A DNA stretch of 59,986 bases from a virus. Its lineage: Duplodnaviria; Caudoviricetes. Each line of letters begins with the position of its first letter. Within the stretch, counting starts at the first letter, position 1. The notes under the pieces are model-generated. The model did no database searches. It worked only from the letters and a program-made list of their open reading frames with translations, and was not told the origin of the DNA. The stretch lies in the IMG/VR virus record IMGVR_UViG_3300022746_000173, positions 1 to 59,986 of that record; one strand, written 5' to 3'. Positions 18,932 through 28,014 of the stretch are shown piece by piece. Position numbers and translations under genes: made by a program.

Positions 18932-20032
18932 TTACTTACCAGACGCTGCGATAATGTACTTACCGAAACGCTTGTGGAACTCGTCAAAGTTTGGCATTTT
19001 GCCAGGAACCATTGGCAAGCTGTATGTAGTAAGTGCAACACGAGCACCCATCACAACCAACTCAGTAGTGAAGTTCTCCATCATGAACTTCAAGAAGTTG
19101 TCTGCTTGAGCATGCCAGTCAGCCATCTTGTCCTTGCCCAGTTTCTTAAACTGTTCTTGGAGCTCGTAGCACAAGCTAATAGTCAAAGAGTACATAGCTG
19201 ACACTTCTTTAACTTTCAACTCTTTGACCTTACCACTCAACACATCTGTTGGGTTAGGCATTTGGCCAGCAACCTTGCGGTGTGCCATGAACTTAACAGC
19301 AAGACCTTCGCCCACTGTACCTGCAATCAAGTCAGTCAACTCTGCGTCAGTGGCGTCTTCGTCGTACAAGAAGTCAGACACGAAAGTCCAAGTACGCGGT
19401 GTAGCAAAGCTACGGCTGGCACTCTTAGGATCGAAGTCAAACAAATCTTGCTTGGCAAACGAAATGTAACCAACAACGTCCTTATGGATACCTTTGTTAA
19501 CAGCCCACTGGAACCAGGAGTCAAAGTCTTGACGCACTTCCAAGTGAACGAAACGGTTAGCCAATGGGCTAGGCATGCGATAAGACACACCCTTGTCGCT
19601 TTCACGGTTACCCGCAGCAACCATCACCACGTTGTCGGGCAACTTGTAGGTACCAACTTGACGATTCAAGATCAGCTGGTAAGCAGCACCCTGCACAGCA
19701 GGAGCAGCACTGTTCATTTCGTCCAAGAACAACACCACGATTGGATATTGTTTAGCGAATTCTTCGCTTGGCAGTTCAATTGGGGGAGCCCAGTTCATAA
19801 CGCCTTTGTCGCGATCGAAGTAAGGGATACCACGCAAGTCAGTGGGTTCACATTGGCCCAAACGCAAGTCAATGCAAGCGCCGCCCAGTTCTTCAGTAAG
19901 ACCTGCAATCAGTTCGGATTTACCGATACCTGGAGGGCCCCACAAGAATACGGGTCGTTTGTTTTTAAATGCACGAAGTACGCGACTACGTGCTTCGGAT
20001 GGGGTTACGCTACGGTGCTCAGTTACAGCCAT
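18932..20032 (-). CDS. MoxR-like AAA+ ATPase
   Basis: Walker A GPPGIGKS, DLRG.P, Walker B LFLDE, AAGN, PLANRF, TPR.W. Confidence 0.92.
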   Translation of the reverse strand: MAVTEHRSVTPSEARSRVLRAFKNKRPVFLWGPPGIGKSELIAGLTEELGGACIDLRLGQCEPTDLRGIPYFDRDKGVMNWAPPIELPSEEFAKQYPIVVLFLDEMNSAAPAVQGAAYQLILNRQVGTYKLPDNVVMVAAGNRESDKGVSYRMPSPLANRFVHLEVRQDFDSWFQWAVNKGIHKDVVGYISFAKQDLFDFDPKSASRSFATPRTWTFVSDFLYDEDATDAELTDLIAGTVGEGLAVKFMAHRKVAGQMPNPTDVLSGKVKELKVKEVSAMYSLTISLCYELQEQFKKLGKDKMADWHAQADNFLKFMMENFTTELVVMGARVALTTYSLPMVPGKMPNFDEFHKRFGKYIIAASGK

Positions 20033-20136
20033 GAATTTCTCCTTAAAGTGCTGTGGTTAAAAAATTGTTTTGAATCTCTATTGTATGCGAAGTTGAATTT
20101 AAATTTTGACTTTTCAAAAATATTTTCAACTTGTTA

Positions 20137-20406
20137 TTACTCGTCATTGTCGTTTGCGTAGACAGCGTTGACACTGGCTTTGCCAATCACAACACGACCA
20201 CCTTGTGTCTTGGTTGTAACTTTATTTGGCACACGACCGAATGCATCATTTGCAAAGAAAAATGCAGCAGGGATTGGATCAACTTTAGCAGGACGGCCAC
20301 GCTTGCCAGTCTTGACACGAGTTTCGATGACTTGGCCAGTTTCCACATTGTATTGTGAACCGTAGTTGCCTTTGTTGATGATACCTGATTTAGTTTGAAC
20401 TTGCAT
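20137..20406 (-). CDS. Small basic protein with AT-hook-like motif
   Basis: KRGRPAK; AGGAGA SD before ATG 20406. Confidence 0.65.
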   Translation of the reverse strand: MQVQTKSGIINKGNYGSQYNVETGQVIETRVKTGKRGRPAKVDPIPAAFFFANDAFGRVPNKVTTKTQGGRVVIGKASVNAVYANDNDE

Positions 20407-20442
20407 TTTGCTCTCCTTGAGCGTTGTGTTGAACATGTATTG

Positions 20443-20512
20443 ATTATAACCGATTTTTGAGCTATTTTACAAAAATGGTAAAATATTTTAAAGTGTTGCA
20501 TTTCTGCAACAC
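20443..20512 (-). promoter_or_regulatory. Putative early promoter: -10 TATAAT plus upstream palindrome GTGTTGCA-N4-TGCAACAC
   Basis: ATTATA at 20443-20448 and palindrome at 20493-20512; same layout at 20838-20901. Confidence 0.5.
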
Positions 20513-20518
20513 CTTGTA

Positions 20519-20791
20519 TTAGGCAAATTTGCGCTGGTACTTGCTACCAATAGTAGACAAACCTTCGCCGGACATAAGCATGTTCCAGCCGATACGAATA
20601 ACATCGTTTTTGCTACGAGCCGCATTAATGTTAGTGTGCAACTGTGCAACTTTTTCAGGCTTAATGGCGTACTTGCTACCAGCAGCTTTTTCAACAATAG
20701 CGTGGAGCATTTCTTGTGCAGCTTCCATGGACTCTGCTGTTTCGAGGGTTTTAAGATCGTCTGCGGTAAAGTTTGCTGTAGCTTTTGACAT
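20519..20791 (-). CDS. Hypothetical protein
   Basis: AGGAG SD and its own promoter-like region. Confidence 0.7.
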   Translation of the reverse strand: MSKATANFTADDLKTLETAESMEAAQEMLHAIVEKAAGSKYAIKPEKVAQLHTNINAARSKNDVIRIGWNMLMSGEGLSTIGSKYQRKFA

Positions 20792-20837
20792 GTGTTACTC
20801 CTGGTTGTTGATTACAGCACTGTGCTGCAATAACTAG

Positions 20838-20901
20838 AGTATAACACCGTTTTTGCAAACTTTACCAAAAAGATAGAAATATTTCGTTGTATTTTTACAA
20901 C
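20838..20901 (-). promoter_or_regulatory. Putative early promoter: -10 TATACT plus upstream palindrome GTTGTA-N4-TACAAC
   Basis: AGTATA at 20838-20843; palindrome at 20886-20901. Confidence 0.5.
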
Positions 20902-20918
20902 AAATTACAAAAGTAATA

Positions 20919-21479
20919 TCAAAGTATTACTAAATGATCGAAATAGCTGTAATGCTTTTCCAAAGTCCACGTAGCTGGATCAACTTGAGTGTTGTCGTAC
21001 GTGGTATATGTTGCAGTAAACACGTTGGCATAACGTTGAAATGGAAGCCACATGTCGGGAGTCTTACTGGCCCAACCTGCATCTTTAAGTGCCATATGCT
21101 TGTCGTGGCTTAAACGTACAGTAGGGGCATTGAGTCCTTGTGTAACGGTTATTGCTCCGCATAGCAATAGATCGCGAATACGTGCAGCAGGAATCAAATG
21201 TTCAAAGTCGCAGTTTTCATCTGCACCAACTTCGTGATAGTGTGCTTGAATGCCATCACGTTCTTCAATGCAGTACTTGTGGTAACGGCGCAGATAGTAA
21301 TCAATATCATTGCGTATTTCCCGCATCAGCTGGCGATCAGTTGTGACTGTTTTATAGTCAGCAACCAAACGAGTTAGGTTAGCTGCACTGTAACCGGCCA
21401 CAGTTTTATATGTATCCGAAGTGCGGCTAACCTTGCTGTAGACTGGAGCCACAAATTTGTCTAATGATTCTTTAAGCAT
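20919..21479 (-). CDS. Hypothetical protein, possibly a degenerate HNH-like nuclease
   Basis: DFEHLIP...N...H pattern; weak. Confidence 0.55.
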   Translation of the reverse strand: MLKESLDKFVAPVYSKVSRTSDTYKTVAGYSAANLTRLVADYKTVTTDRQLMREIRNDIDYYLRRYHKYCIEERDGIQAHYHEVGADENCDFEHLIPAARIRDLLLCGAITVTQGLNAPTVRLSHDKHMALKDAGWASKTPDMWLPFQRYANVFTATYTTYDNTQVDPATWTLEKHYSYFDHLVIL

Positions 21480-21510
21480 AGAACGATTATACTCAAATGT
21501 GGCTTTTATG

Positions 21511-21930
21511 TCAAACTACTACTTTAGTTTGATCAGTGTGCTCTGTGATCTGTCTGCACAACTCCCTGAAGGCATCATCGTTAAATGCTCCCTTCATTTT
21601 GTTAACGCACCAACATACTAATTGTATGTTGCCTGGTACATAACCTTTGTCGTTGTCAATACGATCCATAGTACACCCAAGATCGTTGGTACGTGAAGTT
21701 TCGCTACCACGAGTAAACTCAAGATCCCAACCGGTTAGTGCACATTTTCCCTGTTGTTTGCGTAACAAATCTAAAACGTAATCTAGTGTAATAGTAAATT
21801 CCAAGTCACGCTGGTTTCTTGCAGCATATTTGGTCTTACTAAACGTCACTCCCAGATACGATGGACCCAGTTGCATGTATGCAGGCTTTGGACGCATTAG
21901 GCGTCGGAGTACTTCGGCATTATGTGACAT
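21511..21930 (-). CDS. HNH-family endonuclease
   Basis: QQGKCALTG, MDRIDNDKGYVPGNIQLVC..VN.MK. Confidence 0.8.
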   Translation of the reverse strand: MSHNAEVLRRLMRPKPAYMQLGPSYLGVTFSKTKYAARNQRDLEFTITLDYVLDLLRKQQGKCALTGWDLEFTRGSETSRTNDLGCTMDRIDNDKGYVPGNIQLVCWCVNKMKGAFNDDAFRELCRQITEHTDQTKVVV

Positions 21931-21932
21931 GC

Positions 21933-22979
21933 TTATACTCCTTCTGGGAAAAGACCGGGAGCGGCATTGTTTGCAAGGATACCCATGTGTGCGCCTTGCC
22001 CGTGGTCGGGTAACTGTAATGTGCCATTGTTGCGGACATGCAGTTCACGCAAGAAGTTGGCCATTGCTACTGGAGCACTCCAGCTACCACCAGGAAATTG
22101 GTGTGCGTACTGATTACGTGCCTTGGCATGAATAGTTTGACTACTGCTGAAGGTGGGCTTGATACTCAACAACAAAGTCTTCATCCAGTTGTCTTCTAGT
22201 TGCAAATTACATTCACGTGCAAAGCGATGCAATTCATACAGGCCGATGAACACCCCTTGATCGATTTCTTCTTGGGTTGGAAACACTGTCTTGATAGCAT
22301 CTAAGATACTGTGTAGGATCTTTCCGCTAGAATCAACTTCAATGCCCTTGTATGCATATTTGAAGTGACTAAAGAAGTAGTCATTGTTGCCACGCAGGCT
22401 AGGACTAGCACGGCTGTTCTTGTCTTGAAGGTCAATACCCAATGCATCAAATTGATCTTGCAGTGTACGTGCCTTAACGTTCTTCTCTTCACGGCTTCCG
22501 TTCTTGTAACGAACCAACGCATTGCGGTGCAGGTCGCCTGGGGTCAAACGTTTAACGCCGGTGTCGTTTAGCATTTCAAATGCATAGCTGGCAAAGTTTG
22601 GATCAGTCGTAACTACCACTGCACCTGGGATTTCTTCAAAGCCAAGGATAGCTGCTGCAATGGTTCTGTGTTGACCATCGTAAGCATCGATTCGTGTGTT
22701 ACCGACTAATTGGCATGCACTGACAGGACTACAGATTCGTGGGTCCCATTTACGCATGATATTTTTGATGTGATCGTGAATCACGTCACGCTGAACTTCA
22801 TAGTCAATCCAAAGCTCAGCAATTTGGATCATTTTGCTTTCAGGAAAATTCAGCATACAATTTCTTGCAGCTAATCTCCAAGCATCTAGTTCTTTTTGTG
22901 TTACGTTGAAATGTGCTTTAAGTTGAATTTCAACTTCTGTGGCCACGTCGGCCAGCTTGCGTACTAAGCGTTGACTCAT
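21933..22979 (-). CDS. ParB/Srx-superfamily DGQHR domain protein
   Basis: VQR...WDP...P....YDGQHR, later F..LN; AGGAG SD. Confidence 0.75.
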   Translation of the reverse strand: MSQRLVRKLADVATEVEIQLKAHFNVTQKELDAWRLAARNCMLNFPESKMIQIAELWIDYEVQRDVIHDHIKNIMRKWDPRICSPVSACQLVGNTRIDAYDGQHRTIAAAILGFEEIPGAVVVTTDPNFASYAFEMLNDTGVKRLTPGDLHRNALVRYKNGSREEKNVKARTLQDQFDALGIDLQDKNSRASPSLRGNNDYFFSHFKYAYKGIEVDSSGKILHSILDAIKTVFPTQEEIDQGVFIGLYELHRFARECNLQLEDNWMKTLLLSIKPTFSSSQTIHAKARNQYAHQFPGGSWSAPVAMANFLRELHVRNNGTLQLPDHGQGAHMGILANNAAPGLFPEGV

Positions 22980-23126
22980 AATATACTCCTAAGGATAATA
23001 GCGGCGGTACGATACGCCTACCTGCTAACACACTAATTTAAAGTACCATACTGATAAGTGTGTGTTAACTAAGTTGTTACTATTATATTTAAGTGCCTAT
23101 GGAGTTTGCAATCTAATTGAGTATCT

Positions 23127-23504
23127 TTATTGGTCTTTATTGGATTCAAGATTATCTAAATACTGTGCTAAATTACCTGCGTGTAGTTGCAACATCACAG
23201 CATCTTGTTCGCTAAACACATGCAACGATTTAGATCCGATATAGTAAGGTGCTTGAAATAATCTTTCCAATTGTAGTAGGTGCTTGAATCTAAGATCGTT
23301 TACCAGTTCAATATCATATGATGGCAAGTTGATCTGCTTGCTAAAGAACTTGAAGCCCGGCCAAGTTAACCTTAGACTATTGTGGTTAGTGGGATTGCGC
23401 CACCAATGAATAGATAACGATACAAAGATTCTAGGGTCCACACCAGATGCGGATATAACGCGGTCTTGAAACTCGCGCTGTCTATTAGGGGTAGATTTGG
23501 TCAC
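23127..23504 (-). CDS. Hypothetical phage protein
   Basis: WWRNP...SLRLT..G...PYY...VFSEQDAVMLQL. Confidence 0.7.
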   Translation of the reverse strand: MTKSTPNRQREFQDRVISASGVDPRIFVSLSIHWWRNPTNHNSLRLTWPGFKFFSKQINLPSYDIELVNDLRFKHLLQLERLFQAPYYIGSKSLHVFSEQDAVMLQLHAGNLAQYLDNLESNKDQ

Positions 23505-23772
23505 CTTGTTTTAGTAGCACAACAGTAAATTTATCTGTCTTGAACAGAGTGTTTAACTTCTTAGCCAAGTTGATTGCGTGTCCGGGATTACTAAAAGAAA
23601 CTTTCTTGTACTTAGGTCCCGGATAGCTGATTAGTACGTTTTGTGTTTTAAGGTTAATGGGCTGGCTATCGTAGAATACCGCCCAGATACCTTCAGAGCT
23701 TAGTACCTGATCGCTCTTATAATTGGTTTTGTTAACGTGATCCAACAATACGGTTGGTTTTGGTCTTGACAT
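23485..23772 (-). CDS. Hypothetical phage protein (MSRPKP...)
   Basis: ATG 23772 preceded by AAGGA and TAAATA; GPKYKKVSFSNPGHA. Confidence 0.75.
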   Translation of the reverse strand: MSRPKPTVLLDHVNKTNYKSDQVLSSEGIWAVFYDSQPINLKTQNVLISYPGPKYKKVSFSNPGHAINLAKKLNTLFKTDKFTVVLLKQGDQIYP

Positions 23773-23821
23773 TACAGTAGTCCTTGAGTTACTGTTATTT
23801 ATCTCAGTAATATACGTATAT

Positions 23822-24040
23822 TTACTTGAATGACCCGCCGTCCATATTAATATTAGACGCACCACTGGTGCTGCTAGTGGCTTTGCTTAAAGAGGCAATT
23901 GTTGCCATCAAATCGTAAATTTCGGCGTGCAAACTACGTGCTTCTTGTGCATTTAGTGTAAGTATCTTGCCGTTACTTTGATTCATCTGCTTGACACGAT
24001 CGTTAAGCAGCTTGATATGAAATGGTAAATTATCGCTCAT
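23822..24040 (-). CDS. Hypothetical protein
   Basis: ATGA-coupled ORF ending MDGGSFK. Confidence 0.65.
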   Translation of the reverse strand: MSDNLPFHIKLLNDRVKQMNQSNGKILTLNAQEARSLHAEIYDLMATIASLSKATSSTSGASNINMDGGSFK

Positions 24041-24510
24041 GATTCGTTTGCAGTCTTCATGGCCTTGGACATATCTTCAGTGGTACGAAATGGTCCTTGG
24101 AACTCATAACGATTTAACGTGATAAGTTTTGGGCAAGTTGCCTTGACCCACGAATTGCTAAACTTGATGATGTAATAGCCTGCACAAAAGAAACTCTTGC
24201 TCTTTAATGTTTTAGTGTAGATGGGCAGCTTACGTTGCACATCAAATACTTCGTTGTGCGGAGTAGATGTAGCAGGATATCCGTAGACATTGTGTCCTAC
24301 ACTTTTATCCTTCTTAATCTTCTCTGCTTTGGCAAACTCAATATTGTATTGTTTACTCAACACCTTAATGCTGGGAAAACGCTCACGTTGGTTGTCGTGT
24401 ACGTAAACAAAGCCACCTTCCTCTACTGCTTGGATAGTGGCAATTTTTGTCCCCTCGGATTCTACGATCCAATATTTGTTTTTAACTATTGGTTTAGCTA
24501 CTGCGTTCAT
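24037..24510 (-). CDS. Hypothetical phage protein
   Basis: 157-aa ORF; SKSFFCAGYY..CPKLITL.RY...GPF. Confidence 0.75.
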   Translation of the reverse strand: MNAVAKPIVKNKYWIVESEGTKIATIQAVEEGGFVYVHDNQRERFPSIKVLSKQYNIEFAKAEKIKKDKSVGHNVYGYPATSTPHNEVFDVQRKLPIYTKTLKSKSFFCAGYYIIKFSNSWVKATCPKLITLNRYEFQGPFRTTEDMSKAMKTANES

Positions 24511-24739
24511 TTTTATTATCTTTCTTTAAGTAGTGCATAGTTATAATTTTACCTAATTCAGTGCCTAGGTCTTTGCTTTCGTCAATAACGTATAGGTCAC
24601 CTACACGAGATTCGTTGTGATCAATTTCAACGATGGTACCCCCTGATGCAGGAGTAATTTTGAGATTTAGTGCACCGGCTATTGCGTTTCGAGCTCTCAT
24701 ATCTAGATCAAGTATTTCTTTAAGAATATCGCTAGCCAT
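24494..24739 (-). CDS. Hypothetical protein (paralog of 24746-25027)
   Basis: Shares GG.[IV][VL]....D...+G.I+ pattern with its neighbour. Confidence 0.65.
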   Translation of the reverse strand: MASDILKEILDLDMRARNAIAGALNLKITPASGGTIVEIDHNESRVGDLYVIDESKDLGTELGKIITMHYLKKDNKNERSS

Positions 24740-24745
24740 AGCTGA

Positions 24746-25027
24746 TTAGTTTTTTAGTAATTCCAAAGATACAATTTGACCAATACGTTCTGCAACGTTT
24801 TCGTTTTCGGGAATTAAGTGAGTAGAATTGTCTGTGCGATCTCGTTTGTGGTCGTAACGGTATAGCTGCAATACAACACCACCGCGGCAATTCAATACGT
24901 TAAATCGCAAGCTACCATCCATATCAATGCTTTCGCTTGACGCACTAACTGCAATCTTAGACATTTGGACTCCGCTGTCTGATGGATACAGGAACTGATG
25001 TAGTTTATTTCTTAGCCATGATTTCAT
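24746..25027 (-). CDS. Hypothetical protein (paralog of 24494-24739)
   Basis: LRFNV...GGVVLQ...YD...IGQIV. Confidence 0.65.
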   Translation of the reverse strand: MKSWLRNKLHQFLYPSDSGVQMSKIAVSASSESIDMDGSLRFNVLNCRGGVVLQLYRYDHKRDRTDNSTHLIPENENVAERIGQIVSLELLKN

Positions 25028-25383
25028 TTGTTTTCTTCCTCTGTTAGAGCCACGACAACTTTTAGTTTATCGTATGCTTCATTGATTGTGTTCATTGCAT
25101 CTGCAACAGCAGGATGTTTTTCTGCCAGTCGCTTGATGCTTTCCTCTTCGATCATTTTGGCTTGTGCCCATGCAATTGCAGCCTGTGCAGCTCCGGTTAT
25201 CGAAATAGACGGGTATGCCCCGCCTACTGTTATCCAATTGGATCCGTCAAAAGCCTGTAGATCGCTGCCACTGATTCTAATCATCCCTTGCATTGGGTTA
25301 CTGGGATTTTGATTGACGTAGGGGAAACTAAAATACCCATTGTCAACTTGAATACCATTGCCGGCTGTAATACTTCTAATCAT
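25024..25383 (-). CDS. Hypothetical protein
   Basis: ATGA-coupled; FDGSNW...HPAVADA. Confidence 0.65.
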   Translation of the reverse strand: MIRSITAGNGIQVDNGYFSFPYVNQNPSNPMQGMIRISGSDLQAFDGSNWITVGGAYPSISITGAAQAAIAWAQAKMIEEESIKRLAEKHPAVADAMNTINEAYDKLKVVVALTEEENK

Positions 25384-25754
25384 GACACTACTGCGTAAAC
25401 AATACCAAGATAGGTAAGTTGATGTACCATTTGGTCAAGACCTAAATGATTCCAGAACAACGGATTTTGTATGTCTCTGTTACCGTAGTTCATCTTTGCC
25501 CAATCGGTATGATAGTGAATTACAAAGTCCGCAAATGCCAGCACCATTGCGTAACCAATGTAGGGAAATCCTGTTACAGCTAGAATACACATTAGTGTAC
25601 CAAAGCCATGTTTGGCACTGTGCATGATACCTGGCCTGTCGCCATAGATACCTTTGCTGTTTACTTCTTCCATTGTTTGATCAACAAAGTCGATGTACCA
25701 GTGCTTGAGTTGTAATAGCACAAGGATAAAGAAAGCTGCTCCAATAAGTGTCAT
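25380..25754 (-). CDS. DUF3307-like membrane protein
   Basis: KH...DF..Q, HS..HG, HY..DW.K, GLDQ..H pattern with hydrophobic helices. Confidence 0.75.
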   Translation of the reverse strand: MTLIGAAFFILVLLQLKHWYIDFVDQTMEEVNSKGIYGDRPGIMHSAKHGFGTLMCILAVTGFPYIGYAMVLAFADFVIHYHTDWAKMNYGNRDIQNPLFWNHLGLDQMVHQLTYLGIVYAVVS

Positions 25755-25984
25755 AATCCAAACCTTTCATTGATTGCAATTTTAACTCGTTCCATAGTAG
25801 CGTCAAATTGACTTTTATCAAACGAGGTATAAACATGATCGTGGTTAGTGTAATCAAGAGCAAGTAAACACTCTTTGATCACTGCTCTAACCATCTTATC
25901 GTGTAGATCTGGGTTAACAGAAGGGTAGTGCGAGCCGCCTACTTCTAGTGCAAGCTGTGCCACTTTATCATTGAATTTACTCAT
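25751..25984 (-). CDS. Hypothetical protein
   Basis: GAGG SD; IKEC...I..RFG. Confidence 0.65.
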   Translation of the reverse strand: MSKFNDKVAQLALEVGGSHYPSVNPDLHDKMVRAVIKECLLALDYTNHDHVYTSFDKSQFDATMERVKIAINERFGL

Positions 25985-26000
25985 GTTGTCCTCTATTACG

Positions 26001-27014
26001 TTATAGTAATGTTCGTTGTGCAGGCTCTACAGGATATGCAGAGCTTAGGATTTCTGCATACTGTTGAGCTTGTTCGCCAATCTTTTTAAGTTCATACTTG
26101 CCGCAGAACTTTAGGAACTTGGTACCAACTTGTCCCACATCCTTGGCTACGCTGTTTTCAGCAATGGTTTCCGCAATCCAGACCTTTACGTGATCTGGTT
26201 GTGCAGTCAAGTCAATCAGTGTAACGTTGCGATTGTAGTCGTCTAATACCCTATGCTCCTCGCCGTTATGGTCGGTCCAAGACTGAAGCATTAGATTGTT
26301 CCAATTAAATCCTTTAGTCGTACGGTCTGCAAATGCCTCCAAGAGACCGACTTTTTTCGACGTACCTTTTGTACGGACCCCTGGGAACGCAGAGAAGACA
26401 TTATCGGATACATCGCCTCTAATGCATTTTTCGAAGAGGATCCAAGTTGGGTCCGGTATGACTTTTGGCTCCTTAGTTTTTTTATCTTTGACTGGGGCAC
26501 CTTTTGCATCAAAAATTCCTTCTAGTGTGTGCAGCTCGTCGGCTACGCCGTTGTATTGTTTCACGTTAGGAGCCAGTAACTGGTGAAAGTCGCTGTCTGT
26601 ACTAATGATTACGTGCTCATCGTTAGGGTGTGCTTGAATCCATCCTGCCACCAAGTCATCTGCTTCGAGGTTTGGGTGCCTGAGAACAGTACAATTGGAC
26701 TTTTCTGTGACGAACGTTTTGAGTTCATCAAAAGTTTCCCAAAAGAGTTTATCTTCTTCCAACTCTGTTTCTGTGAGCGCGGCTTTGGCAACTGCTCGGT
26801 TTTTCTTGTACGGGGCATAAAAATCTTTTCTCCAACTACGTCCTTCTAGACAAAATACAACGTGGTCTGCTTGATGCACTCTCCACGCTTTGGCAATACC
26901 TGCTAAAGTAACGTGAATTGCAAATCCAAGTTTATCCCACGTGTCGCTTTGTCTATGTGCTGCGTGTCTTGCTCGAAAAAATGTGTTGGCTGTGTCGACA
27001 ATTAGATATTTCAT
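26001..27014 (-). CDS. rnh: 5'-3' exonuclease / T4 RNase H-like flap nuclease
   Basis: IVD..N..FR, SWRK..Y..YK.NR, LEADD, STDSDF.QL, GD.SDNV...PGV. Confidence 0.92.
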   Translation of the reverse strand: MKYLIVDTANTFFRARHAAHRQSDTWDKLGFAIHVTLAGIAKAWRVHQADHVVFCLEGRSWRKDFYAPYKKNRAVAKAALTETELEEDKLFWETFDELKTFVTEKSNCTVLRHPNLEADDLVAGWIQAHPNDEHVIISTDSDFHQLLAPNVKQYNGVADELHTLEGIFDAKGAPVKDKKTKEPKVIPDPTWILFEKCIRGDVSDNVFSAFPGVRTKGTSKKVGLLEAFADRTTKGFNWNNLMLQSWTDHNGEEHRVLDDYNRNVTLIDLTAQPDHVKVWIAETIAENSVAKDVGQVGTKFLKFCGKYELKKIGEQAQQYAEILSSAYPVEPAQRTLL

Positions 27015-27043
27015 ATATTAGTAGTAATAATAACAGTTAATGA

Positions 27044-27817
27044 TTAATTAGTCAATAACTTTTGAACATAGTGTTGGTATAAGAACTCGGCCCATGCTGC
27101 ATGTGCATCTGCTTTATAGTGGTAGCTGGTAGGCGTGGCAGTTTTAAACCCTTTGGCTTTAAGCCAGTTGTAATAGGTATAGTCTGGATCATATGGGCCG
27201 ATATATGAGTTATCCCAGTTGTACTCTTCTACTTGTAAATGCTTGAGGTGCTGAATGTGACTAAAATCCGAATAGGTATTAAAGAATAAATGGGGGATGT
27301 TGAATTTGTTTAGGGTTTTATGAAATTGATAAATCAAACTGTGCTCGCCTATTAACTTTGTGTTAATGACTTCTGGATCCATTTGATCAATTACCCACTG
27401 TTTGTATTTATTCTTGATAGACGGCGGCCAGTCGTGTCCTATGCCGCCTGCGTTAACTTGCCAATAGCGTTGTGTATCAGAGTCAAACCATTCTTCTCGT
27501 TCCCAAGTGGCCCAGCCAATAATCAATAGATCCGGTTGGTTTACTAGTTTGCCTGTTGTTTGAACTAGGTCATCTACCCCAAACAGATAATCCAAGGTAG
27601 TGCGAAGAATGCGAGCGTTGCTGCTGGCGCTTCTAGCATCACATTTTAATATTGCGTTTAGTGAGTTGGCCAATTGGCATCCGTAACTGGCACGTTCGTT
27701 ATCTGGATGTGGCTTATTGCCTAATGCCCAATAAAGTGGGTCATCTTTTGCAAAGCAGAAACTATTTACTGCTTCTGCACCTGCACTGTGGCTGTCGCCA
27801 TTGACGTATAAAATCAT
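27044..27817 (-). CDS. SGNH/GDSL hydrolase-like protein
   Basis: NGDSHSAG, ASSN.RI.R, GW....R.E, C-terminal HY...AH. Confidence 0.75.
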   Translation of the reverse strand: MILYVNGDSHSAGAEAVNSFCFAKDDPLYWALGNKPHPDNERASYGCQLANSLNAILKCDARSASSNARILRTTLDYLFGVDDLVQTTGKLVNQPDLLIIGWATWEREEWFDSDTQRYWQVNAGGIGHDWPPSIKNKYKQWVIDQMDPEVINTKLIGEHSLIYQFHKTLNKFNIPHLFFNTYSDFSHIQHLKHLQVEEYNWDNSYIGPYDPDYTYYNWLKAKGFKTATPTSYHYKADAHAAWAEFLYQHYVQKLLTN

Positions 27818-28014
27818 ATCTTTAATTGTATAAATGTTGCCATCTTGGGGTCATCAAATCGTACAATGGTTCTGATAAATCCATTGTGAGCCGGTCTTAC
27901 ATCCCATCCCTCACCGCCTATGCGATTGTGTAGATGGAACTTGCGTGGCCCAATGTGCTTTTCTAATTGGTCTGCCATCCAACGATATCCGCAATCAAAT
28001 TCAACTTCAACCAT
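27814..28014 (-). CDS. Small hypothetical protein (F-D...ATF..L family)
   Basis: HIGP...GGEGW...VRFDDPKMATFIQLKI. Confidence 0.6.
   Translation of the reverse strand: MVEVEFDCGYRWMADQLEKHIGPRKFHLHNRIGGEGWDVRPAHNGFIRTIVRFDDPKMATFIQLKI

Noticed and set aside
19262-20161. 299-aa plus-strand ORF
   Set aside because: Antisense to the AAA ATPase; no independent signal
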